A DNA stretch of 63,932 bases, filler included, from an uncultured bacterium (GTDB lineage: Bacteria; Latescibacterota; UBA2968): NCBI GenBank assembly GCA_964471275.1. It is 5 parts of 5 records of this genome, joined end to end, with 100 filler letters (N's around TTAATTAATTAA, not from the genome) between each part and the next. Parts side by side here need not be neighbours in the genome. Positions count along the whole stretch, not along the records: positions 1 to 14,339 come from CAYYGZ010000116.1; 4 more parts are not named here. One strand, written 5' to 3'. The position numbers and the translations under genes are program-made. This document shows positions 1 to 9,404 of the stretch, one piece after another; position 1 is the first letter of the stretch; every line of letters starts with the position of its first letter. A model generated the notes under the pieces. It saw only the letters and a program-made list of their open reading frames with translations, ran no database searches and was not told the DNA's origin.

Positions 1-224
1 TCAAGAGTGCTGGGTGTGGGGGATCGGGTGTGAGGTGTGGAATTACACGTGTGTGGAAGCTGTTTTTCATTGCGACAGGATAGGCGGATGTCTACCTTTC
101 AGCAGTCAAGATTCGGCGTAACTGGCGATGGGCCGTTACGCGGCCGAGTGGGTTACCCCGATGGCGCGCCGAATCGTTTTTTTGCCGGTCGCCTGGGCAC
201 CGATGATTTGGTCCAGGCGTTTTT

Positions 225-2363
225 GTGTGTGGGGCAGGATTGGAATACGGACAAAGTAAACGATTCCTGGATTCGCTGGCCGACTGGGAAGCCGGACGTC
301 CTGCAGGTGGACCGGTTGAGCACAATCTTCCGCGTGTTCGACATTTACTCACCGCGTTGGGCAGTCCAGAAAAATCGTTCCGATCGGTGATCGTGGGCGG
401 GACAAACGGTAAAGGAACGACGGCCAGCTTTCTCGCTCATCTTCTGAAACTGGCCGGCCATCGTGTCGGGCTCTACACCTCCCCGCATCTGCACTCCATC
501 CGGGAACGGATTCAGATCGATGGGCAGTCGGTCGAGAAGGAGATCTGGTCGGAGGGAATGACACATTTGCAGCACGTCTCTTTCACCTTCGAAGAGGCTG
601 GATTCGGGGCATTCACGAAGTTCGAAGCCCTGACCGCGCTGGCCGCGCTGCAGTTCAAACGCCACAACGTGACCTTCGGAGTGTTCGAGGTCGGTCTCGG
701 CGGGCGGTATGACGCGACGAACGCGTGGGACTCGGAACTGGCAGTGCTGACGTCCGTGGATATGGACCATACCGAGGTTCTTGGAGATACTGTCGAAGCT
801 ATTGCGCGGGACAAGCTGCAGATTACGCGCTCGGGAGCCCCGTTGTATACGCCTTCGAATCACAGTGATGCCGTGCGGGCCGAGATCGCGTGTGTCTGCA
901 AGGCTCGCGATGTGCCGGTTGTCTGGATCGATCCCGACCCCGAGTTGTTGGAAACAGAAGCCGCGCCGGTCTGGTTGATCCGGAATCAGAGCCTGGCTCT
1001 CTCTGTGGCGGAACTTCTCGACCCCAATGTGCGCGATGTGATGCGTGATGCGCTCGACACCCATTCGTGGCCCGGACGCTGTGAGGTGGGATCCCGGTCG
1101 CCGCTGGTGATTCTGGATGGCGCTCACAATCCGGCAGCCGCTGAGGCGCTTGTCGAGCATCTTCGTTCAAAGGGTGAGCGCTGGCGGTTTATCCTGGGTG
1201 CCAGCCAGGGACATCGTGCCAGTGAATTGATTGCAGCGCTCGCCCCGATTGCCGCCGAGTTCATCCTTACCGAGTCGGATCATCCGAGGGCGAGCGAGCC
1301 CCAGATGCTTGCAGATCTGGTGCCGACGCAAATACCATCGTGTGTGTTGCCTGGCGGAGCCGATGCGTTGAAGGAAGCCTTGTCTACTTCAGAGATGCCG
1401 ATTTGCGTCACAGGTTCACTCCACATTGTTGCGAAGGCGCGTGAAGCGTTGGGACTCGTGGAAGATCGCGAGGGGATCTCGGAGGACGTGTTGCTCGAGA
1501 GTCTGCAGTGTCTCGAACTCGCAGTGGACGGACTTGGCCTAACGCTGCACGCCGCATCCGATGACGGGAATGTCGTACGCGTCGATGGTTCTGAACGCTC
1601 ACTCTACTTCCTGCGGAACAAGCATCCCTTCAATGACTACGTGACGGCGAAGCTTGCCGAAGACAAGGCCTATCAGTACGAGCTGTTCCTGAATGCGGGT
1701 CTGCGGGTGCCCTATACGATGAAGCTCTTCAACCCATACGCGGATGAGCGCTTCAGCCGGTATCTTGAGCACGCAACCGTGGACGGTCTGATCGCCGCGA
1801 TCGAAAGCCAGATGAGCTATCCGCTGGTGGTGAAACGGAATCAGGGGTCTTTTGCACAAGGCGTGTATCTGGAACACGATCGTGCGGGTCTCTCGGATCG
1901 GCTCGATCTGCTGTTCCGGCACAGCGGGTATCTCAACAATATCCTGATCTGCCAGTCTTTTGTGGCCGGTCGAGAGTACCGGGCAGTCGCCTCGGGTAAG
2001 CAGGTTCTTCTTGTCTATGAGAAGCAGGGACCTCTCACGGCGGAGGCGGGGGGAGACATGAATCCGCTTCACCGACCTGGTGGTCTGGCCGTCAAAGTCG
2101 AGGATCCGTTACTGCTCAAGTCTTTCGCAAAGACTGCCGAATCTATAGCAGAGGTTATGGACCTCGGCTTCTACGCCATCGACGCGATTGTTGGCGTTGA
2201 TGGTCTGGCCGTGCTGGAGGTGAATCCGAACCCCGTTTGCTATTTCTACAATGACAGCAATGGCAGGTCGGATTTTGTGGACATTTATGCAGGCCTGTTG
2301 CGTCAGTACGCAATGGGCTCCACGTCGTCTCGTGATGTGACGCTCGAGTTGGGTGAAGAGTAA
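225..2363 (+). CDS. folC: Folylpolyglutamate/dihydrofolate synthase fused to a C-terminal RimK-like ATP-grasp domain
   Basis: FolC motifs GGTNGKGTT, GLYTSPHL..RERI, FEVGLGGRYDATN, DHTEVLG, WPGR, LDGAHNP, TGSL in the first ~410 aa. ATP-grasp motifs DKA, YPLVVKRNQGSFAQGV, EYR, AIDAI..LEVNPNP after. Start may be TTG at 240. Confidence 0.85.
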   Translation: MCGAGLEYGQSKRFLDSLADWEAGRPAGGPVEHNLPRVRHLLTALGSPEKSFRSVIVGGTNGKGTTASFLAHLLKLAGHRVGLYTSPHLHSIRERIQIDGQSVEKEIWSEGMTHLQHVSFTFEEAGFGAFTKFEALTALAALQFKRHNVTFGVFEVGLGGRYDATNAWDSELAVLTSVDMDHTEVLGDTVEAIARDKLQITRSGAPLYTPSNHSDAVRAEIACVCKARDVPVVWIDPDPELLETEAAPVWLIRNQSLALSVAELLDPNVRDVMRDALDTHSWPGRCEVGSRSPLVILDGAHNPAAAEALVEHLRSKGERWRFILGASQGHRASELIAALAPIAAEFILTESDHPRASEPQMLADLVPTQIPSCVLPGGADALKEALSTSEMPICVTGSLHIVAKAREALGLVEDREGISEDVLLESLQCLELAVDGLGLTLHAASDDGNVVRVDGSERSLYFLRNKHPFNDYVTAKLAEDKAYQYELFLNAGLRVPYTMKLFNPYADERFSRYLEHATVDGLIAAIESQMSYPLVVKRNQGSFAQGVYLEHDRAGLSDRLDLLFRHSGYLNNILICQSFVAGREYRAVASGKQVLLVYEKQGPLTAEAGGDMNPLHRPGGLAVKVEDPLLLKSFAKTAESIAEVMDLGFYAIDAIVGVDGLAVLEVNPNPVCYFYNDSNGRSDFVDIYAGLLRQYAMGSTSSRDVTLELGEE

Positions 2364-2447
2364 CTGTGGCTTTGTCACATCATACTACCTGCCTATATTG
2401 CAGTAAGTCCTGTTTGACCTTTTTAGCCTGCTGAGCGGGCCCACAAG

Positions 2448-3199
2448 ATGGACCAGGAGATGAATAGCATGAGTGGATGGACTCGGTTGCTGCTGCTGTT
2501 GGGGCTCCTCGTGGCCACCTCGTGGGGTCAGGTCGAGGCCCAGAATCAGTTCGTCATCTTTAAGGCCAAGACGCCTCTTGATGTTGGGAAGGTCGTACCC
2601 GATTCTGCTCGTCTGAACGATTTCTACGTAAGAATCGGGACAGATCGGGGTATCCAGATCGGGATGACGATGAACGTGTATCGGGATAAGGAGCTGAACT
2701 CGGAGGTAGGCTCCTTCAAGTTCAAGACGACTCAGTTTATCGGCCGGTCTATGATGCCCAGCGTGAATTCACCGTTGCGCGTGTCGTAGAACTGGCCTCG
2801 CACGGTGACCCGCATCTCGATCGCATGGCCGTAATGATCGGTGACTACGTTCAGCCCGTGTTCGTTGTGTCATCGGAAAACCTGTTCGACAAGGGAAGCA
2901 GCACGCTCCGTCCGGAGGCGATCCGAGAACTGGATCGGGCCGTAACCTTCATCAGCCGATTCAAGCCGATCAAGGTGCGTATTGAAGGCCATACCGACAG
3001 CGATGGTCCGGATGATGTGAATGTGCAGCTGTCGGAGGCCCGTGCACAGAGTGTTAAGGTATATCTGGTCAGTCAGGGGAGTATTGATGAGAACGTGCTG
3101 GTCCCGGTTGGCTACGGCGAGAACAAGCCGATCGCGGGGAACGATACTCCGGAGGGCCAACGGAAGAACCGGCGGTTTGAGATCGTGATCGAACAGTAG
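2448..3199 (+). pseudogene. Secreted OmpA-family protein split by a frameshift near 2745-2750 (probably one gene; may be an assembly error)
   Basis: Signal peptide in 2448..2789. The second frame is open from ~2747 (VYDAQREFTVARVVELAS...) into the OmpA domain (IEGHTDSDG, LSEARA, GYGE..P, RKNRRFEI). Confidence 0.75.
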
Positions 3200-3402
3200 T
3201 CACCCGTCCTCGACGGGCCGCGACGGCAGAGAACGCGGCACGCCGGGCAGAGGGCGAAGGAGTCAGGGGGCCGTCGATGGGCTTTGTACAAGCTCGTTTG
3301 CGGCCCTTTTTGCGTCTAAAGGTTCGGCCCCGGATCTGCCGATCATGATAAGGTGGGCCTGTATCCACACACGATTGCCTGCCAGCCCTTCTCGGTAGAC
3401 CT

Positions 3403-4457
3403 ATGATCGATCTTCCCCGTTTTTCCAGCATGTTTCCATCGCTCTCATCATTCTTCGACCCGAACAGCCTGGATGCGCTGTCGTCACTGTGGCTGAGGAG
3501 TCAGGATGAAGCTCAACGCTCGGATGTCCAGGGGGCCGATCAAGACAAGTCTGGAGTTGTCCGATCCCGCGCGTCGGCTGATTCCGTCGGCGACATCCGC
3601 TTCCTCCTTTGACACGGTCGATCCTACGCTGCCGGCGACGGAGCCGATTGCCGTTGCCGAAGACGGGGACCTATGCTCCGACTGCCCAGGCCTCTCAGCG
3701 GATGAGTATGGCGCTCGGGTTCGAATTCAACCTGAGCATTCAACGGGAAGTCACCTCCGTAGTGACCGAGTTCCGCGGGTCCGATCTGGCGGCTTCATCC
3801 TCGTCATCGGCGCGGCTCTCAGCGCTTGAGTCACGGAGTCTCTATTACCAGTCCGTGATGAATGAGTCCCGCGGCAGGCTTGCGGGGGGATACACCGAGT
3901 CCCGTTCGATCCAAACGGAGCTGTTCTACAGCCGCACGCGTGAGCTGTCACTCAGCCTCCCTGCGGGACGTGCCGAACAGTTTGATCAGACGCGTACCCA
4001 GGTAACGCGCTCTTTCTCGCTGGATATCAGCATGGATTTCTCATTCCTGGGACAATTCTCGCGACAGTTGGAGACGATCTCATCGCTCGACGACAGCCTC
4101 TTCGGTCGATACTTGGACAACACAGGCGGGCTGTCGGAGCAGTCGTCGAAGGCCCTTCAATCGTTCTTCGATGACATGGATCGGATTCTTGAAGAGTCGG
4201 AATCGCTGGTGGTCGGGTCTCTCCAGTCGTTCTTCGACCAGATCGGAGAGCAGTTCGGATTGAGCACGAACGAAGCTGATGCACTCGAAGCGATGGTGAT
4301 GGATGAAGTCGTGTCCTTCTTCGACGACATTGATTCGTTCTTGAGTGAGTCACGCCTGTCCTTGGCTGGCCTGGCTGAGCCTGCAGTATCTTCCGATACA
4401 TCTGTACCCGATGGTGAGGGTGGCGAGGAAGAGGATCCTTCGGCACTCCTCGCCTGA
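3403..4457 (+). CDS. Ser-rich/acidic hypothetical protein, apparently interrupted by two +1 indels (~3550, ~3665)
   Basis: Three overlapping ORFs (3403, 3506, 3609) can be stitched as ...DQDK/LELSDPARRL...AED/GTYAPTAQ...; the long 3' part is open to 4457. Confidence 0.55.
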
Positions 4458-4578
4458 GTGCCAGGCGGCTAGAAGTGGTAGCTGAACGGCATCATCGATT
4501 GAAATCCGGCCCTTACCGGATCAACGTGTAGAAAGATCTCGTCATCTTTTGCGTGACGAGCACTCGCAAGGAGGCCGG

Positions 4579-4920
4579 ATGGTCGCGTTGAGTAGTTTTT
4601 CGGCACGCCATCCCAACAAGCGACCGACCCACCCCGTTGATCTCTCGAACGCTCCGAAGAAGAGCAAACACAGTAGGATCAGGTCCTCGACGCCCGGTGC
4701 GTCATACGACCGGATTATCGGGCCGCCGTCGACCAAACGTGCGTCGCGTCGTAGGCTTCGATCCACCCAAGGTAACGCTTCCTATGACCGTATCGTAAGG
4801 CCTGAGCGGAAGAAGACGGCTGCCAAGCAGACACGGCCGGAGACGAAGGCACGGTGGTTCAGCAGCTATCGTGTCCAGACACAGTTGCGGATCGGGATGA
4901 CGATTTCCTTCTTCAGGTAG
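4579..4920 (+). CDS. Small basic hypothetical protein with an internal ASYDRI repeat
   Basis: AAGGAGG RBS before ATG 4579. The peptide repeat is kept with synonymous codon changes (4699-4719 vs 4777-4797). Ends before a terminator. Confidence 0.55.
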   Translation: MVALSSFSARHPNKRPTHPVDLSNAPKKSKHSRIRSSTPGASYDRIIGPPSTKRASRRRLRSTQGNASYDRIVRPERKKTAAKQTRPETKARWFSSYRVQTQLRIGMTISFFR

Positions 4921-4939
4921 ATCGATGGACCCGTCATAG

Positions 4940-4972
4940 ATAGGGCCGGGATACTCAGTATCCCGGCCCTAT
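4940..4972. terminator. Hairpin terminator between convergent genes
   Basis: Perfect inverted repeat ATAGGGCCGGGATACT-C-AGTATCCCGGCCCTAT. Confidence 0.75.
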
Positions 4973-4994
4973 TCTCGTTCCTCTCTGTCGGTAG

Positions 4995-7900
4995 TCACTT
5001 GATCTTGACGTCCACAATCCTGTGCGAACGATGGTTGAATCGCTTGCCCGTCAGCAGTCGACTGAGAGTGTTGGTGCAGCGTATGGTTACCCGGTTCCTT
5101 CCAGTCTTGATCCAGGATGATTGGCCTTCCCAGACGTAGGGCGACCACAGGCGCGTTCCCAGCGAATGTCCGTTGATCAGAACCTCGACGATGTCCTCTG
5201 TGTCCTTGAACATCTTGTCCAAGACAATCCTGAAACGCTTGCCGTCCGGTTTCCTGATCGCCAGTTCGTGTGAATATGAAACCGTGCCGGCGTAGTAGGG
5301 TAACCGATTGTCGTCCAGGCTGGCGACGGTTCCTCTTTCGGGCACGGCCCCGACTCGGAATCCATCCGACTTCCATCGTCTGACACCGAATTTTCCGAAG
5401 AGATAGAAGGCGTCGGTCAGGCCGTCACTCAGGCTTTCCAGCTCGACACGGACGGCGATTACGTTCTTGCCCTTGGTGACGCGGCGCCCCAGGGCGCAGG
5501 TCAGGTTGTTCTGATCGTATCGGAACGTGGGCCGGAATGAGTTATTCGGCAGCTTTGTACCGTTCAGGAAGATCTGGTAGTTTCCCTGGATAGCCCCTCG
5601 GTCCTTCACGAGGGCAAGCTTGTTCGGGATGACGTCGGCCTGGAAACTGGTGCGATACCACACGACCAGAGGGAGGTTTACGTTGGGCCCCGAGTCTGAC
5701 CCCGAGAAATTGAGAGGCAGGCTTGTTGGCGTGTTCTCACGGATCTGCTCACCAAACGGCTTGGGACCAACGGTTACCCATCGGCTATCCGCATAGGCGG
5801 GTGTGTGCCACCCCTGGTTCTGCCCTCGCTGCCGCAGATCAACCTGCATTCGGAAACGGTCGATTCGCAGGGCATTGTCATCTTCGAGCTCGATCCGCCA
5901 GTTCCCTTTGATCGGGAACTCGACAATGGGGATGTCCGGTTCCGGCTCTCCCTTGCCCCCACCTGTTACGATCAGATGCGACTGGTAGGCCTCAAAGTGG
6001 AGCGGAACCGTGCCGTGCTCTCCTTCCAGGGCAACCTCCAGTTTCTCTCGTTCTCCCGTTTCCACGTCCCAGAGTTCGATCCCTGGAGGTCCGGATCCTT
6101 CTCTCCTCAAACCGACTGTCGCGTCGAATGCCATGTTGCTGGTGTTGACGAGGAAGAAGATGTCCTGGTCACCGTCCTGCCGATGGTGGGATAATATCGC
6201 CGTCGCAGCTCGCGGTTCCGTCTGTACGATGATCTGACTAGGCTGAAGCTGGACCAACAGATCCGCGAGAGCACGTGCGCCGCCGTTCTGAACGACAGAC
6301 CCGCCCGTCCGGACCAGATGAAGATTCCCACGATTCACGAGGTGGACGCCGAGTTCGTGACCTAGGTAGTCCTTGATCATCCTTCCGGCTTCCATGTCGG
6401 ATATCCGGGAGAAGCCTTCGACAATCGACGATCCTTCTTCGATGTCCTCAATTGGTAGCAGGCTGACCGAGACGACGTTGCCGCCCTCGTTCAGGAAGTT
6501 CCGTGTCGTTTCGAAGGTTTCACGCTCGAGATTCGTTACCGGTGGAAGCACCAGTACGTTGTAGCGGACCTTGCCCACGACGAGTTCGGTCCCATCGATC
6601 CTGGCCTCTGCCAGCGTGGCCGGATCAATAATATCGAAGCTTACCCGGCTGCGCGACAACGTTTGGAGCAACGTCGCCCAGTCACGCCGGAGTCGACCAG
6701 CCAGTTTTTCTTCCTCAACGTCAGAGCCAACGTAATCCCACTGGCGCTCGGGGTTACCGAGGTGAGCCATGAACGACGTAACCGGATCGAGAACGGCGAT
6801 CGTCGAGAAACGCTCGCCCTGACTCAACGCGTAGGAAAGCCGACTCAGATATTCCGATACCTGACCGAAGTCTTTCCAGTACGGATTCTGGTGGAAGATC
6901 GAAGGCGAGACATCGTGTTTTCTTGAGCCGTCGATCGTGTAGGAGAAGCCTTCGAGGTTGAAACTGCTGCAGCCTTGAGCGGCCAACCGGTCGACGGTTT
7001 GTTTGATATCCTGTGGATTGAGTGACCAACCCGCGCCGTCGAACGTGTTTGCGAAGACTTTTTCGCTGCCCGACTGCCTTGAGGCGGAGGCGTGGAATAC
7101 GGGGTTGATCCCGGGGTCGGCTTCTGCGAATGAAGGTTCGTCCTTGATTGTCGCAGTTTTCTCGGTGCTTGCTCGGATGCCGTGGGTGTGATTGTCGCCG
7201 AGTGCCGAGGTCCGGTATCGCAAAACGTCGCTGTTGAACGTGAGTCCTTGATCGGACGCCCACTCCGAGAACGTCTGATGATAAGAGCGATCGAGCAAAT
7301 CGCCGAGTGTACGGAAGTAGTCGTACCGGATGCGTGCCGTATTCGGTCCGAAGCCCGTGATCAACGCAGGAAGCTGATTGACCAGGTCATACCCGTGGAT
7401 CGCGTGGAAAGCGTCCGGTAGGATCGGTGACCAGGGCAAATAGCCCTGGGAGCTCGCTGACCGGGTCGTGTGGATGCCCTGAACCGTCTTCCCTATGTGC
7501 TTCTTCAGTGAGCCAATGTATGGTTCGAAGGTAGACCGTATGTATGTGAGAACGGCATCCCGGCTGTAAGGGTCAAAATGCCCGGTGTTGTGACCCTCGC
7601 CCTGGATTTCCTGGTGCAGAAAGACGATTACGCGCCAGCGACCCGCTGGCGCCTTCCAGAACAGTCGGTGGATCGGTTCTGTCGAGTGATACGTCCGATC
7701 CCGGTAGGTTGCGTCTTCCTTGGCCAGCTCGACGTATCGTTCCTGGCAGTGATCTGTTCCGATGTAGCCGGAGATATCTTCGGCGTCTTCCCACAGGCTT
7801 CGATCGCGCTTGAGGGGAACGGCGATCGCGCGGAGGAGTGCCGCCCAGGGCAACGCCATGTCGACCTGCTGCCCCCCCTGAACCGTTGTCTCACGGAACG

Positions 7901-8228
7901 TCAGGTATTGTGCGCGGAATCGTGGCTCTGTGAGCGCCACTCGACCCCCGGTTCGGCTGCCTGGGTGTGGAAAGTCATCGTGCAGCCAGACTTTGAGCCC
8001 TTCACCGGCCGCAACCTCCACGGCGTGGCCGACCCGATCGTGCCAAGTCTGCGACAGATAGGGGATTCGCAGCCCGGTTCGTGCGGCGATGATGAACCCG
8101 CCAATGCCTTTGTCCTTCATCTCACGGATCTGGCGGGTGATATCGGCTCCCTCGATCGCACCGTTCCAATACCAAAAAGGCGTAGGACGGTGCTGATCGG
8201 GCGGATTTATGAATTTCTTTGCATCCAT
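4995..8228 (-). CDS. Large glycoside hydrolase-like protein (GH106/alpha-L-rhamnosidase-like architecture)
   Basis: N-terminal PTPFWYWNG..QIREMKDKGIGGF..R.GL..YLS..W, RIRYDY, GWSL, YTIDGSRKHD..PS..QNPYW, and C-terminal beta-sandwich (LPYYAGTV, LWSPY, NTL). Confidence 0.75.
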   Translation of the reverse strand: MDAKKFINPPDQHRPTPFWYWNGAIEGADITRQIREMKDKGIGGFIIAARTGLRIPYLSQTWHDRVGHAVEVAAGEGLKVWLHDDFPHPGSRTGGRVALTEPRFRAQYLTFRETTVQGGQQVDMALPWAALLRAIAVPLKRDRSLWEDAEDISGYIGTDHCQERYVELAKEDATYRDRTYHSTEPIHRLFWKAPAGRWRVIVFLHQEIQGEGHNTGHFDPYSRDAVLTYIRSTFEPYIGSLKKHIGKTVQGIHTTRSASSQGYLPWSPILPDAFHAIHGYDLVNQLPALITGFGPNTARIRYDYFRTLGDLLDRSYHQTFSEWASDQGLTFNSDVLRYRTSALGDNHTHGIRASTEKTATIKDEPSFAEADPGINPVFHASASRQSGSEKVFANTFDGAGWSLNPQDIKQTVDRLAAQGCSSFNLEGFSYTIDGSRKHDVSPSIFHQNPYWKDFGQVSEYLSRLSYALSQGERFSTIAVLDPVTSFMAHLGNPERQWDYVGSDVEEEKLAGRLRRDWATLLQTLSRSRVSFDIIDPATLAEARIDGTELVVGKVRYNVLVLPPVTNLERETFETTRNFLNEGGNVVSVSLLPIEDIEEGSSIVEGFSRISDMEAGRMIKDYLGHELGVHLVNRGNLHLVRTGGSVVQNGGARALADLLVQLQPSQIIVQTEPRAATAILSHHRQDGDQDIFFLVNTSNMAFDATVGLRREGSGPPGIELWDVETGEREKLEVALEGEHGTVPLHFEAYQSHLIVTGGGKGEPEPDIPIVEFPIKGNWRIELEDDNALRIDRFRMQVDLRQRGQNQGWHTPAYADSRWVTVGPKPFGEQIRENTPTSLPLNFSGSDSGPNVNLPLVVWYRTSFQADVIPNKLALVKDRGAIQGNYQIFLNGTKLPNNSFRPTFRYDQNNLTCALGRRVTKGKNVIAVRVELESLSDGLTDAFYLFGKFGVRRWKSDGFRVGAVPERGTVASLDDNRLPYYAGTVSYSHELAIRKPDGKRFRIVLDKMFKDTEDIVEVLINGHSLGTRLWSPYVWEGQSSWIKTGRNRVTIRCTNTLSRLLTGKRFNHRSHRIVDVKIK

Positions 8229-8229
8229 C

Positions 8230-8904
8230 TTACTCGACTTCTCTTGTGTCGTTAATATCCAGATCGAAAAAGCCTTCCGACAGCATATTCTGAGCCATAA
8301 AGAGCAGCCAGGTCGCGATCAGGCAGGTGAAAAATGCGATCACGTAGGATCTCACTTGAACACGTCGCTTGGTCCCTCGTCTTGCCCTTGTCCCGCGGGC
8401 CGGCGCCACATCGACTTCGGGACGATCCCGCTCGATTCCGGCTCCCGGTTCGATCCTGGGAGGGGCAGGTTCCGGCTCGATGTCGACCGGTAATTCCTCC
8501 TCAAACGTCGGAGCGGGTTTCGCCCTATCCGCTTCCACTTCCGCCAGGATCTGTTCCACAACGACGAACAGATCTTCCTCAGAGAACGGCTTTCTGACAA
8601 AGCCGTTTGCGCCCTTCTGGCCGAGTTGTTCGAGTTTCGTCGGGTCAATCTCGGACGAAACGATCACGACAGGCAGGCTGGCATCGAAGTCTCTTATGAA
8701 CTCGAGCAAGGCCTCGCCCTGAACGGTGGGGAGATACAGATCCAGCATCACCGCGTCTGGCCGGTGTTCCTGAATCTCGGCAATGGCCTCCGTCCACCGT
8801 GTCGCCTGGCGGATGTCGTAGCCCCCGTCCGCGAGCGACGACTCCAGTGCGGTGACGACATCCGATTCGTCATCTACAACAAGTATGGTGCGTTCCTGGT
8901 CCAC
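8230..8904 (-). CDS. Response-regulator receiver protein with acidic/Pro linker and C-terminal transmembrane segment
   Basis: ILVVDDE, PDAVMLDLYLP, PVVIVS, FVRKPF; hydrophobic tail SYVIAFFTCLIATWLLFM. Confidence 0.85.
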   Translation of the reverse strand: MDQERTILVVDDESDVVTALESSLADGGYDIRQATRWTEAIAEIQEHRPDAVMLDLYLPTVQGEALLEFIRDFDASLPVVIVSSEIDPTKLEQLGQKGANGFVRKPFSEEDLFVVVEQILAEVEADRAKPAPTFEEELPVDIEPEPAPPRIEPGAGIERDRPEVDVAPARGTRARRGTKRRVQVRSYVIAFFTCLIATWLLFMAQNMLSEGFFDLDINDTREVE

Positions 8905-8925
8905 TTGAATCCTCAGGGCACCGTC

Positions 8926-9183
8926 TCAGGCGGTTGCACACCTCTGGCACAGGTAGGTTGCCACGCGCCTTCCGTTCACAAATCGAGTCAACTTGACGTC
9001 TCCCTCTTCCTTCCGACACTTCGCACACGGCCGTTCTAGTTTCTGAAGTGGCGGAGACGCCGCAACGACAGGATTGCTTTCGTTGGAGCAAACTTCGCAG
9101 CGATAAATTATTGTTTTTTCGACGTTTATCGTCTCTGATCGGATAATGTTTGCTTCTCTCTTCTGGCAGAGATCGCAGAGCAT
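8926..9183 (-). CDS. Small zinc-binding protein with two tandem McsA-N-terminus-like modules
   Basis: MLCDLCQKREA...YRCEVC and PCAKCRKEEG.VKLTRFVNG..YLCQRCA: four CxxC pairs. Confidence 0.7.
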   Translation of the reverse strand: MLCDLCQKREANIIRSETINVEKTIIYRCEVCSNESNPVVAASPPLQKLERPCAKCRKEEGDVKLTRFVNGRRVATYLCQRCATA

Positions 9184-9404
9184 TTTGTAAAGCCTGTATT
9201 AACAATAGGTTGTGTTGCGAGTGCCAGGGGTGGCAGAGGAAGGGGCGGCCAGTTCCAGGGTCTGCTCAACCGGAGCGTCAATTAAGTGCGTCTAATTTCC
9301 AAAGTCAAGCCAAATGAAAAAAAGTAGCATGTTACGTCGTTCCCGAGCACCCGAAACAATCGATTCTTGGGCCCTTTCGTGGTCTTGTGTTATACTTAAC
9401 CCCC

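Noticed and set aside
225..2363. Cyanophycin synthetase call
   Set aside because: The domain order is reversed and the Mur-ligase part has FolC-specific motifs.
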